Assembly: GCA_905178155.1 (NCBI GenBank)
Contig: CAJINV010000011.1
Span: forward strand, 3,195,144 to 3,259,143
DNA length: 64,000 nt
Direction: 5' to 3'
Origin: Amoebophrya sp. A120
Lineage: Eukaryota; Protista; Dinoflagellata
In this document: one piece after another, positions 36,989 to 47,701 of the stretch
How the letters are laid out: each line of letters starts with the position of its first letter
Position numbering within the stretch: position 1 is the first letter of the stretch
Notes under the pieces: model-generated
Seen by the model: only the letters and a program-made list of their open reading frames with translations
Databases searched by the model: none
Told to the model about the DNA's origin: nothing
Translations under genes and position numbers: made by a program

Positions 36989-37086
36989 TATATACGACTG
37001 CAGCGTCGTGCGAAGCCCTTACTGCCCCCGGTGAACTGCACCGCACTTCAGACCGGAGCGTCGCACGCTGCCTTCGGACCGTAGCG

Positions 37087-38200
37087 TCATGCGGAGGCCT
37101 TGCCGTAGGCACCACCCGCAAATAATAAACGCAGAAAAAGAATGAATACTGTTGCGCCGGATATGCGGAGCGACAAGGCGATCTGCATTTCGTTCATATC
37201 GCGCTCATCCTCCTTGGTCCAATCCGGGGGAATCTGCAACTGGTACCCGATACTAAGCAGGTCCCCCTGAATGACGCTGCCCTGCGTGGAGCCGATGTTG
37301 GCGAAAAACGGCCACTGCGTCTGGATTAGGTCGAACAGGGCCGGCAGACCGCCCTTTGCCGCGTCGAACTTCAGCAGGGGCTCAAACGTATCCTCGGTGG
37401 CCCGCACAATCCAGGGAGTCGTCGGGAATAGCTTTTGGCTTTATTCTTTGGAAAAACGTCCACCTCGCCACGTAACCACAGGGAGGCCCTTTTCAACGCG
37501 CGTGCTCGAGAAGAACTGTGAAACCGAGTTTGTTGTTACTAGCGATGATTACAAAGTACCGGCGGAGCAGACATAGAAGACACACACGTCGCCTACCGAG
37601 CAGCAATTTATTTCTCTTTGATTTATACGGGGGCACGTTCTTCGCGGTTGTGTGCGAAGTTCATGATACGTGCGTGGGAGAATACAAAAATGTCTTGCTT
37701 ACGTGGTGGAAACGTTTTTTTTTTTGTTCGCAGGATAAGTTGTTGTAGAGGTTGGTATTCAGGACCACGCTGCGAAAGACCATGTACGACAGGAACGCGC
37801 TGGCGCCCCCGAGGCCGCACTGGTAAAAGGTGCTGTGTGTGATCAGCTGCGTGAGCCCCGCTTTGTACAGGTCCGTGCCGAAGGAAAGGTCGCGGCGCCA
37901 CTGGATCCATCGTCCGTTGGCCACATCGTCGCAGCTGAGCGTCTGCAGCAGGTCACGTTTGTCCCAGGCGGTCTGGTCGCAGCAGCGCTCGTCGCAGCCG
38001 TCGTTGCCGGACAAGATCGGCGGGAAAACGCAACAACTGTCGTAGGTTCCGTTGCGGCAGCTTTGCACCGCGAAGAACGTGGCTGGCGCCGCGGGCGGGA
38101 GCACCGACCGAGGCCCGCGAGGCTCGATCTCATCCTCGGCACCCGCTTCAAAACAACAAGCAAACGCCGAGAGAACGAAAGGCAGGCCGCGCATGATCAC
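37087..38200 (-). CDS. Hypothetical secreted/membrane protein, probably two or more exons
   Basis: ORF 37661-38200 has a signal-like start, a Cys-rich segment and a hydrophobic segment. ORF 37087-37407 is coding-like with a C-terminal TM. Junction not resolved. Confidence 0.5.
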
Positions 38201-40617
38201 TCACAAGGCTGGGAACCACTGCACGCGCCGAAAGCGATCAGCTTGAAAATTTGGCAGCTCCACATTTTTGGACGCACGGGGCCAATATTCGTAGACGTAG
38301 GCGACCGAGGGAGATCGGTGGAGGCGCGAACACGGCGGGCAAAGAAGCGGGGAGGCGGAACGCGAGGAGGGACGCCCTTGCGGAGCACAAAGTTGGTTGG
38401 CCGGCCTCGCCGAATGGCAGGCCGCTCCCGTTTCGCGGCCGCTCTACCGCTCGGACAACGACGCGACTCGGCACGAACACGCCCGCCCGATCATTGCGTG
38501 ACCACAGCACTCGTTTGCCCGACGTCCATCGCGCCTCTCCCGGCGGTCCGGCCCGCAGACCCCCGTGCGGGTGCGGGTAGTGCTTGCCTTTCCGGGTACC
38601 AGGCGGCGGCATTCCGCGCGACCGCGAAGGCCGCGCGGCCGAACACAGCTGAGGTGGCTTCCGCGAAGGGCGCAAGGGACGGCAATGCCCCAATGCCCAT
38701 ACCTGGACCGCGGAGGCGATTTCGCCACCCCGCCCCCCTGTACGGACCAATCGAGGCGGTGGGCCTTGCAAAGGACCCATGGGCCACCTGATTTACCGCC
38801 CGGAATCTACTAAAATAATCCCTATTGGACAGGATTCCACAGAAGGAGAAAGCTATGACCTCCATTGTAGAGCCTTAAAAAAACTGCAATTTTTGACAGT
38901 TTCAAGATTTCCCACGGACGTGAAAAACAGAGGCACTCTCTGACTATTGATCACCTCTTAGCTGTTTACAGCTGCTGTAGAGCATTTGGCATAGTGCATA
39001 TATGCACCCCACTGGTCAACTTCGTCTCATCAAAAAATTTTGATTTTTTTAAATTTTCAAAAAATTACACCCATTGCCCAACTTTGCACAGAGTGCCAGG
39101 TTTATATCAGTTAAACAACGTAAAAGGCTTAATATATTATATATAATCACGCTGCGTCTCTTATTTTCTTGGATTTTTCTTGGGATTTGGAAAAGTGTGA
39201 TTTTTTTTAGTTTTCTGGATTGATAGCATCTAATGACTTACAGGCACAATAAGTCTACTATATGGCAAATATATAGCAATACACTCAATATTTATAATAT
39301 ATTATGTCCATTTACCCGGCAACGTGTTCAAATCTTGCAAATGGGTAAAATCTTAATTTTTTAAATTTTTTTTTGAATTATGTGACAAATGATGAAAATT
39401 TAAAAAAATAGCCTATGTGTATAGCGTATGCATGTTCAGGTAACGTATTGAGGATGAGAGTGCTTTTATTTTTATACTTTTTTGCAGTTTTTTACTGCGG
39501 CAAAAAATTTTCAATTTTTCCAATTTTTTTAAAAATAAGGCGCCATCACATTTTTTATAAATTTAAGGAACCTAAAACAATCGGAAGCCCAAAAGTGATG
39601 ACATTTTATGTCTTTTTTTATGTATCTATTTCATCTGTTGACCATTTTTCCAGATTGCGCAATTTTTTATTTTCTTGGAATTTTTTGGAATTTGAGAAAC
39701 CTATAAGAATCAAGTCAAGTGCAGCAAGTTCAAATATTGAACATGCAACGTTGCGCGCTAAATAGCGTGGGACCTCCATGATTACGTGACGCCTAAGCAG
39801 CTGAATGGCAGGATGAAGGTTTCCGGGATCTGTAACTATTCAACTTTCTCACAGTTTTAACCTGGGGGCCAGACTATGTGAGGTTGCCTCCCTTTAATGG
39901 AAAGAGATGGGTCGCGTTCCCCCTATATGGCAGTGCATATACCCACGCTGTGCTTTATGTGTCCGCCCGCTGGTCGCTTAGGCCACCACTCTGATAAGGG
40001 GCCCCCTCTTGTTCCCCGTCCCCCTAATCCCGGAGGCCCGTCGCCCCCCCCCCCCCCCCCTTTCCGTTCGCGGGGGCTCGCCTGCGGCGCCGCTTTGGCC
40101 GCCGCGTGCCCCCTGCTTTCTTTGGGGCCTCTTCCGCCTCGCCGGGCGCGCGAGTTTCCGCGCTTTGCGGCGCCGCACCGGGTAGCCACTTCGGGTGCCC
40201 CGCGCCGCCGCCTGCGGGCCCTTCCGCGGCCGGAGGATCGCAGGCCGGCTGCCGCCCGAAGGACAGGTCTGGTTAGTAACTACTTACTTCCGCAGCGCGC
40301 GGCGCTATCGACAAAGCACGAGTCTGCGATGGGGCGTTTGCTGCCTTTAGAAGTGCCCGCATTTATTTATTGTTTCCCGGCGCATACGTACGTAGGTCTG
40401 TACTCTGTACAGGTTTAGAGCCAGCGCAGCTGAAGCCCTACTGTGTTGGACTTCCGGTTGGCCACTGGATTGTCCTTCATAGGCCGCCGAGAGACTCGCT
40501 CGCCTCGCTCGATTTTTTTTTTGCTTCATCCTTCTCTTTTTGCTTTTCTTTTCCAAAAAACTTTGCATGTAGGAATCGCGCTTGACAAGATGGGCGTCCG
40601 TCGCGGCAGGATCTCCC

Positions 40618-40649
40618 AGGGTTTGGTTTAGGTTTCAGGGTTTAGGGTT
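40618..40649 (+). repeat. Degenerate interstitial telomere-like (TTTAGGG) repeats
   Basis: AGGGTTT GGTTT AGGTTTC AGGGTTT AGGGTT. Confidence 0.5.
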
Positions 40650-41367
40650 CCCCATTAGGGGGCCCCAATTTATTGTTTCCCGGCTCTTGTTGCTTACTTT
40701 CAACCACGGACACAAGAAGTGGGCAACACTCCCATAGCGAGCCACTGCTGGATCACGCGATAGAATGAGAAAAATGCACCCAAAGGCGCACAGAAAATTG
40801 CGACTTAGCAAGGCGGATCTCAACATCAATTCTAGACAGAGTTATTCGATTGGCAAGCGCGCATTTCTATGCACGGTCTATGCGGTCGTCCTCGACATGG
40901 ACGCAGTACGAAGAGAATCCCTTCGCACTGCGAACCGGCGGAATCATTATTTTACACGCTGATTGATTCTTGACAGGTCGAGGCGGTAGGAACAGGAATT
41001 TCATGCTTCGCTGTGACACATAGTTTTTAGAAGAAGCTGCATAGACAGGACTTCAATTAGTACATAGCAGGTGCTCGCAAAAATTGTTTTCATTTTTACT
41101 TAGCGTCGTTGATCCATATTGATTCTCCCTCCTGCTCTTTGCAATTGCATCTGCAAGACTACGCGACTTACTTCGTTAAGGACATTCTAGTTCTACTAGC
41201 GTAAAAACTCAAAACACGAAAGCGCGAACTCCCCGACCTGGAACCTGGACACCGGCAAGAACCCGTTTTAAAACATCGGCGATTCCACACTATTTAGTTG
41301 TTGGCCCGACGAGTAAGTACTTTCTCGATTTTCGATCAGTTTATCTCGTCGAAAACAATCTGCAAAC

Positions 41368-44300
41368 ATGGCGCCTGGAGGTTTATGGGACGCAAGAAGA
41401 AAATCTTAAGTCAACCCAATTGGAATTTCGTTACCGCAGCACACGGGGCTGCGAAGTAGAAAATGTGAATTTCCAAAGAAGTCAACCTGATTCTTTCAAC
41501 TGTGCAAGAAATGCATATGGCAGCGGCACTAGAGCCACCACCACGTAGTACAATTGAGCCCCAGGGCAAGAAATTCCAATCCCCTGCAAGATTTTTTTCT
41601 CTCCCCTTTCCATACCTGCCTTCCCGCACCAAAAAGTCCGAAGCGGACAAGCAGCTCGAGCGGCACATGGTGCTACTCGACTACGCGAAATTGAAACCCA
41701 ACATGCCCGCGTTCCAGTACTTAAAGCGGATCGCGGGCAACTGCGGCAAGGACTGCATCGCGCCCAACCACGACCCGGCCACCAAGGCGCTGAAGCCGAT
41801 TCTGGTCCACGAGGACGCGTGTGCGGCCTGCATAACCCGGGCGAAGAAGTGCCCGGACGATGCGGTGAAACTGGTGAAATTGCCCAGCAACCTGTCGGCG
41901 GACTGCACGCACCGGTACGGCATGAACGAGTTCAAACTGCACCGCCTGCCCATGCCCGCGCCCAACTGCGTGGTGGGGATTCTGGGGCAGAACGGGGTCG
42001 GGAAATCCACCGCCTGCAAGGTACTCGCGGGGAGTTTGAAGCCTAACCTGGGGGTTTTGCCGGGACTGGAATCTGACGGGAATAGCAAAAAATTCGTGAC
42101 CAACCCCACCTGGCTGGACATCATAAAATACTACCGCGGCAGCGACCTACAGAGCTTTTTTCGGGACCAGGTGGAGGGGAAATTGATCGTTTCCATGAAG
42201 GCGCAAATGGACTCGCAGTACGCGAAAAGCCTGGCCGGCAGGAAAATGCGAGATATCATCGAGGAGGCGGCGGAGGAAACGCTTTTGCAAGATTTTGGTA
42301 CAATTTTTTATAAAGGAAATAAAAAGGACAAAGGACGCCGGAAGATTTTTCGTGGTTATTGTTCAAGAAGTCAGGCCGTTTGCTTCAGATCGGGACGATG
42401 AAAACCCGTCTTTCAAACACAAATCTCTGAATTGTTGAACATCATGATTACATAAACTCTAATCCCAGGCCTCGACAACTCCTACTCGGCGCGCACGCTG
42501 CACATTCTGCGGGAGATGGACCTGCTCCACCTCCTGGACCGGGAGGACTGCGGAAACTTATCCGGCGGTGAGATGCAGCGGCTGGCGATCGCGGTGGCCT
42601 TATGAATTGCACAAGTACTGTCGTACTGGTATAAATTGCAGGCCGACATGACACCTATCTTTACCAACTTGAATCAGCATCACAGACTCCTCTTTTCATC
42701 TTGTTATGCAAAAACTTGTCATGCGATTTATGCTAGTGCAATGCAATGCTTTTGCAATGCATACGCCTGTTTACCGAAGGAAGCGAACGTGTTTATTTTC
42801 GACGAGCCGTCCTCTTTCCTGGACGTAAAACAGCGGTTGGCGGCGACGCGGCTGATCCGCGGGTTAGTTGACGAGGAGAGCTGGAATTTTAGTACGGTTA
42901 ATTCCGAGCAGCGAACCAAGAAGAAGTTGAACTTGGAGCAACTGGAAGTGGATTCTATCGACCCGGACGCGTCGCCCTCGAATGTGATGAACGCGGATGG
43001 AAATAATCAGCCACCCATTCTCTCCGACGACACGGCGTCGCTGAGCAGCAGCGAGGCCGCCCCCGAGGACACCGACGTGGACGACCCGGAGCCGGCGCCG
43101 TCCGTGCGGGGCGACAATGCGAAGGCGAGTTCCCTGCAGACGCGGTACGTGCTCTGCATCGAGCACGACCTGGCCATTCTGGATTACATGTCCGACTACG
43201 TGCACTGCCTGTACGGCGAGCCCGGGTTTTACGGCGTTGTGACAAAACGCGCCGGCGTGCGCAACGGGATTAACAACTTCCTTTCCGGCTACCTCCCGGC
43301 CGAGAACATGCGGTTTCGCACCGAGGAATTGACCTTCAAAGTGTCCACGGCCGCCGGAATCGACGTGGTGGGGAAAGAGAAAGACGCGAAGGAGAAGGAC
43401 GAAAAAACAAGTTCCGCCATAAAAAATCTCTCGTCGCAGCTCGCGCGCACCGGGACGCACACCTTCCCGGGCATGACTAAGGTGTTGGGCGAGGGGGAGA
43501 ATTCGTTCACTTTGAAGATCGAGGAGGGAAGCTTTTCCACCGGGCAGATTGTCGGCATGCTCGGGCAGAACGGAACGGGGAAAAGTACCTACATGGAAGT
43601 CTTGGCGGGCCTGCACGACAAGAAGGTGGAAGACAGTGGAGAGGGTGGGGTAGCGAGTGGAACCTCTACGGAGGGTGTTGGTCAGGGAAGTGCCAGTGGT
43701 AATAAAAAAAGTGCAGTTGCCGAGAAGAACAAACCGAAATCTTCTACAGCAGCAGGTTCCTCCGAAGAGGACGCAAATACAACTTCTTCTAAACCTGACG
43801 CCACGAAATACATCTCCGACCCGACGTCTTTACCGGCCGCGGGGTTCTCCATGTCATACAAGAAGCAGGACTACGCGCCGAAATTCCGGCGGTACCCGGG
43901 CACCGTGCGCCAGCTGCTGGAGCGCAACATCACCAAGGCGTTCTGCAACGACAGCATGTTTCGCTTACTGGTGCTCCGCCCTCTCGGGTTCGACGACACC
44001 GCGAGTTTGACCAGCGGATCGGGCAACGACAGCATTCTGGACATGAACGTGAAAACGCTGTCCGGCGGGGAGCTGCAGCGTTTGGCGATCATCCTGTGTC
44101 TCGGCACACCCGCCGCGGTCTATCTACTGGACGAACCCAGCGCGGGGCTGGATTGCGAGCAGCGCGTCAAGGTCGCGCGCGCCATCAAGAAGTGGGTCCG
44201 GGACCACCTGCAGCGCACGGCGTTCATCATCGAGCACGACAGCGTCATGATGACGGCCTGCGCGGACAAGGTGATTCTGTTCACGGGGACCCCGGGGAGA

Positions 44301-44672
44301 AAAGCAAATGCCAGCACGCCGATGAACTTGGTGGACGGGTTTAACGCGTTTTTGAAGGAAATGAACGTCACCTTCCGTCGCGACCCCGTGAACCTGCGCC
44401 CGCGGATTAACAAACCCGGCAGCGTCAAGGACCGCGAGCAGCTATGCCTTTGCAAAAACATCGTAACGGTGGTGGTACAAATTGCAGTCATGTGCATGAC
44501 AAATTAATGTGGTATTTGAAGCTGGCTCAGCATTACAAATCCCAGGTTTTTTTTTTACTTGCCAAATTATTCTGTCATGCTCTTTCTACTAGCAACTACG
44601 ATGTACTTTTTCAGTGCATAGCAGAAGGCCAGCGGGAATTTCTACGAGTTCGACCCCGACGAAGAACACTAG
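41368..44672 (+). CDS. ABCE1: ABCE1/RLI1-like ribosome-recycling ATPase (divergent), five exons
   Basis: HRYGMNEFKLHRLP, GQNGVGKST, LSGGEMQR, FDEPSSFLDVKQRL, IEHDLAILDY, GQNGTGKST, LSGGELQR, DEPSA, TFRRDPVNLRPRINKPGSVKDREQ(K)ASGNFY. One GT-AG intron (42298-42468) and three TIR introns. The start ATG at 41368 depends on the first TIR intron. Confidence 0.9.
41384..41614. mobile_element. Degenerate introner (DR eroded)
   Basis: TATGGGACGCAAGAAGAAAATCTT...AAGATTTTTTTCTCTCCCCTTTCCATA. Flanks AGGTT/CCTGC do not match, but removing element + 5 nt links ATG 41368 in frame to SRTKKSE. Confidence 0.6.
42601..42763. mobile_element. Introner, short family
   Basis: TATGAATTGCACAAG...CTTTTGCAATGCATA, DR GGCCT/CGCCT. 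Join RLAIAVA-CLPKEANVFIFDEPS restores the ABC signature-to-Walker B segment. Confidence 0.9.
44443..44620. mobile_element. Introner, short family
   Basis: TATGCCTTTGCAAAAACATCGTA...TACGATGTACTTTTTCAGTGCATA, DR GCAGC/GCAGA. Join restores the conserved DREQKxSGNF tail. Confidence 0.88.
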
Positions 44673-45840
44673 GGCCTGCCTGGCGATGCTGCACTGCTGC
44701 GAACGGTGGAAATTTGTCCGAGGAAACCAGACGGCGAGGGCGGCTACGGGAATGACGAGGACGACGCGGGTGACGGGGACGACGACGATGAGGACGACGC
44801 CGATGAGGGCGACGCCGATGAGGACGACACGGAGTAGGACGACCAGGACAACACCGAGGATGATTGAGGGTGAGTGCAATAATTTACAGATGCAAAAGAG
44901 GTGCAAGAGTATGCGCATCAAAACCGCAAGTAGAAGAGGATGTTGTGAAAAAGCATTGCTGGAAGGTGATTGATAGGAGACCAGATGGTGAAAACAAAAC
45001 TCGGGATAGTTCAGCAACTGCATGCTGGAGCTGCGATTGATGAGGTTTTGTAGAAAAGGAACGGCTACAACTGCTAGTACCCACTTGAAACTTCGCCAGG
45101 TTGCTGTGATGTGGCTTGACAGCACGGAAATGAGAACTCTGTTTGCGAACGCGCAACAATCAAAATGGGATAGTCCCGCTTCAGATAAAGTATTGCAAGA
45201 ATTTTTGGAAGGCGCGATATCTAAATTCGAATGCAGTTATCGAGAAGCGTGCACAGGAAAAACACTGCTCACGAGTTTTGTTCTCGGTCGTGGCGTCTAG
45301 CGATATCAAGTAGGCAGGTCGTGGATGAAAAATTTCTAGACTTAATAGTTGAATCGTGAATGGGTATACTCATCTTCTTCTTGTCCCTTGCTTTTAGGTT
45401 TAAATCGGGAGTGAGTCCCCTGGGGAAACGTTGGCCTGTGGCCGCGTACCTAGCTGATTGTATTGCTCGTCCATCGTTATTATGTGATAGTTCAAGTTTC
45501 ACACTCACTAATATTGTGTCGTAGAAGTCGTGCTTCGGGTTCGGGTGTCAATCGCTGATGTTTTTTTTTGCGTTCGCGGGATTAATTATTGTTCGCCTTC
45601 CACATATCGTGTTTTGAGGAATGTTTTTTGCACGCAAGAGCCTCGGGTTGTGTAGAAATCGTTTTGGGATCAGGAATTTCTGAATTGATTTGGATGACTA
45701 GCATAAAGCCAGCCAGTGATCATAAGCGCAATCTGAAATTATTGATACCTACCACAGAGTCAAAAGTTGTTTGCAATTATCGGTTTTTTTTTTCAGCACA
45801 AATCACTTCGGGCAGTCTTTCAGGGAAGTAGCAGTAGAAA

Positions 45841-47208
45841 ATGTCGGCTGACGCGCTTCTAGGGTGGCTGCAAACACCGGAAGGCCCTGGCGATGACATA
45901 CTTGAGTTCTTGACGAACTACGATCTTCATCAACTGGGGCAAGTTTGCCGCGAAGCGCACGCAGCGGTTCGCAGGGACGGAAAGCTGCGTTGTCGCAACG
46001 TAGTGATCAACTTCTCTTGCAAGAAAACTGGCGCAATTGGTGGAACTCGAGAAGATCCAGACGATCTCACCCTAAGCGCCCAGCCCCGGGATGATCTCAC
46101 AACATTGCTAAGGCACGACCTGGCAGATGTGAAGACGCTGCGGATTGAGGTGCATGCAAAGATTCCGAAGTGTGGGGCGCCACATATTGTCATCGATCCG
46201 ATCCTTCCGCAGATAGCTTCTCTGTTGACCGCGACCACGCATCTGCAGCACTTCGTCCTGATTGTCCTCGATGTGGCCCCGGAGGGGAGTCGATACGCTG
46301 ACCCCGACCACTGGTTCCTGTACCAGAACCCGGTGGCACCAGCGCACCTCGATTCTCTCTTGAAGTTTCAGACAGCCTTGTCCGATTTAAAGAGCCTGGA
46401 AGTGCTGAGTATTCCCAGCGCCGTCGCCGTTTCGAGCCTCACTTTTCGCCCGGGGCCCGGTCTGAGCACGCAGCTACCCAAATTGAGTCAGCTGCACGTC
46501 ACGGGCTTTCTCAGTGCAAAGAAGGTCACGCGCGCTTCATTTCTGACTGCGATCGTTTTGGGACGGGGTGTCGGGGCACGGGCTCCAAGCCTCACCACGG
46601 TCTCGCTAGAAGGGTTCGACTGTGTCGCCGGTTCTGGAGACCACTTCCCAGCGCTTTGGCAGCAAGTGGCCGGCTCGTCGCTGCGGAGACTATCTGTTCG
46701 CGTCAATCAGTCAGCGGATTTGCAAGAAGACTTCTGCCAGCGCCTCCGGCAAGCGGACTGGTTCTGGTCGTGCTGCAGCGGTGTCACCCACCTCGAGTTA
46801 GACTTCCCGCCCAATGCGCCGGACTTATCGAAGCGTTTCCCAAGCCTGCAGGCGTTGCACCTGACTGGTTTTCGACGCGAAACTCCCCTCAAGAAGTGTT
46901 ACCGTCCCAAAGTTGTGGAGCTGCTGAAGACGTTTGACTTCACCAAGCGGCGGCTGGTGCTTCACGATACGGAACTTTTCGCAGCCGAGCTCGGTGCGAT
47001 GTCGATCATCCTGTCGCCATCTGTGGACACAGCGTCGGACCACGAGACGCTGCTGCACAGGGAGCAGTTGCGGAAAAAGCTCGAAGAGATAATGAATGAT
47101 GCGAAGCTTTTCAATTCGAAAACAACTTGGTGCAAAATCGCGACTGGTCTGCCGCTTTGTTGGCTTACGGAGCGTGATATTTCGGCCGGACGAAAAAAGT
47201 CAAAGTGA
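45841..47208 (+). CDS. F-box-like/LRR-like protein, tandem paralog 1
   Basis: 455-aa ORF; LQTPEGPGDDILEFL..LGQVCREAHAAV; C-terminal IATGLPLC. Confidence 0.8.
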   Translation: MSADALLGWLQTPEGPGDDILEFLTNYDLHQLGQVCREAHAAVRRDGKLRCRNVVINFSCKKTGAIGGTREDPDDLTLSAQPRDDLTTLLRHDLADVKTLRIEVHAKIPKCGAPHIVIDPILPQIASLLTATTHLQHFVLIVLDVAPEGSRYADPDHWFLYQNPVAPAHLDSLLKFQTALSDLKSLEVLSIPSAVAVSSLTFRPGPGLSTQLPKLSQLHVTGFLSAKKVTRASFLTAIVLGRGVGARAPSLTTVSLEGFDCVAGSGDHFPALWQQVAGSSLRRLSVRVNQSADLQEDFCQRLRQADWFWSCCSGVTHLELDFPPNAPDLSKRFPSLQALHLTGFRRETPLKKCYRPKVVELLKTFDFTKRRLVLHDTELFAAELGAMSIILSPSVDTASDHETLLHREQLRKKLEEIMNDAKLFNSKTTWCKIATGLPLCWLTERDISAGRKKSK

Positions 47209-47701
47209 TAAGTTGTTGAGACTGACGTTCAAATTTTTGCGCGGTTAGTTTCCAGGCGGCGCAGACTGCATGCCCGAAGTTGTACTCAGGAGCAAAGCGC
47301 TTATGTTTTGCGTTCGCAGTTATAGTCCAGGTCTGTGCGGCTGCGGACCTGCTTCGTGATCCAATGCTGGCGCTCTGTTCAGTAAGAAATCCAAATGCCA
47401 AGACTTCATCAGCGACGAAACAGAATATCATGAAAACGGGCTGTGGCAATCTACGTAGCCGAGCTTAGGCATAGAGTTGCAAAACTCTAAGATTTTAACT
47501 TTGATCACGACCGTATGAGTATGCTGTGTAGGAGGAGCTAAGAAAGGGAAAGAATAAAAGAGCAGTGCCGACCGTTAAACCAAAGCAAGCCCGTAAGTAG
47601 TTTTTCATATAAAGACAACTCTCTCTCTCTCTCTCTTTCTCACTTTCACACTAACAGTAACACTCATGCAGCCTCAACCCTCTGAGTAGCATTTTTGTAA
47701 A

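Noticed and set aside
37835-38865. 318-aa plus-strand ORF and overlapping ORFs
   Set aside because: Antisense shadow of the minus-strand gene plus a GC-rich island; no recognisable protein features.
47619-47636. (CT)9 microsatellite upstream of paralog 2
   Set aside because: Ordinary simple repeat with no further structure.
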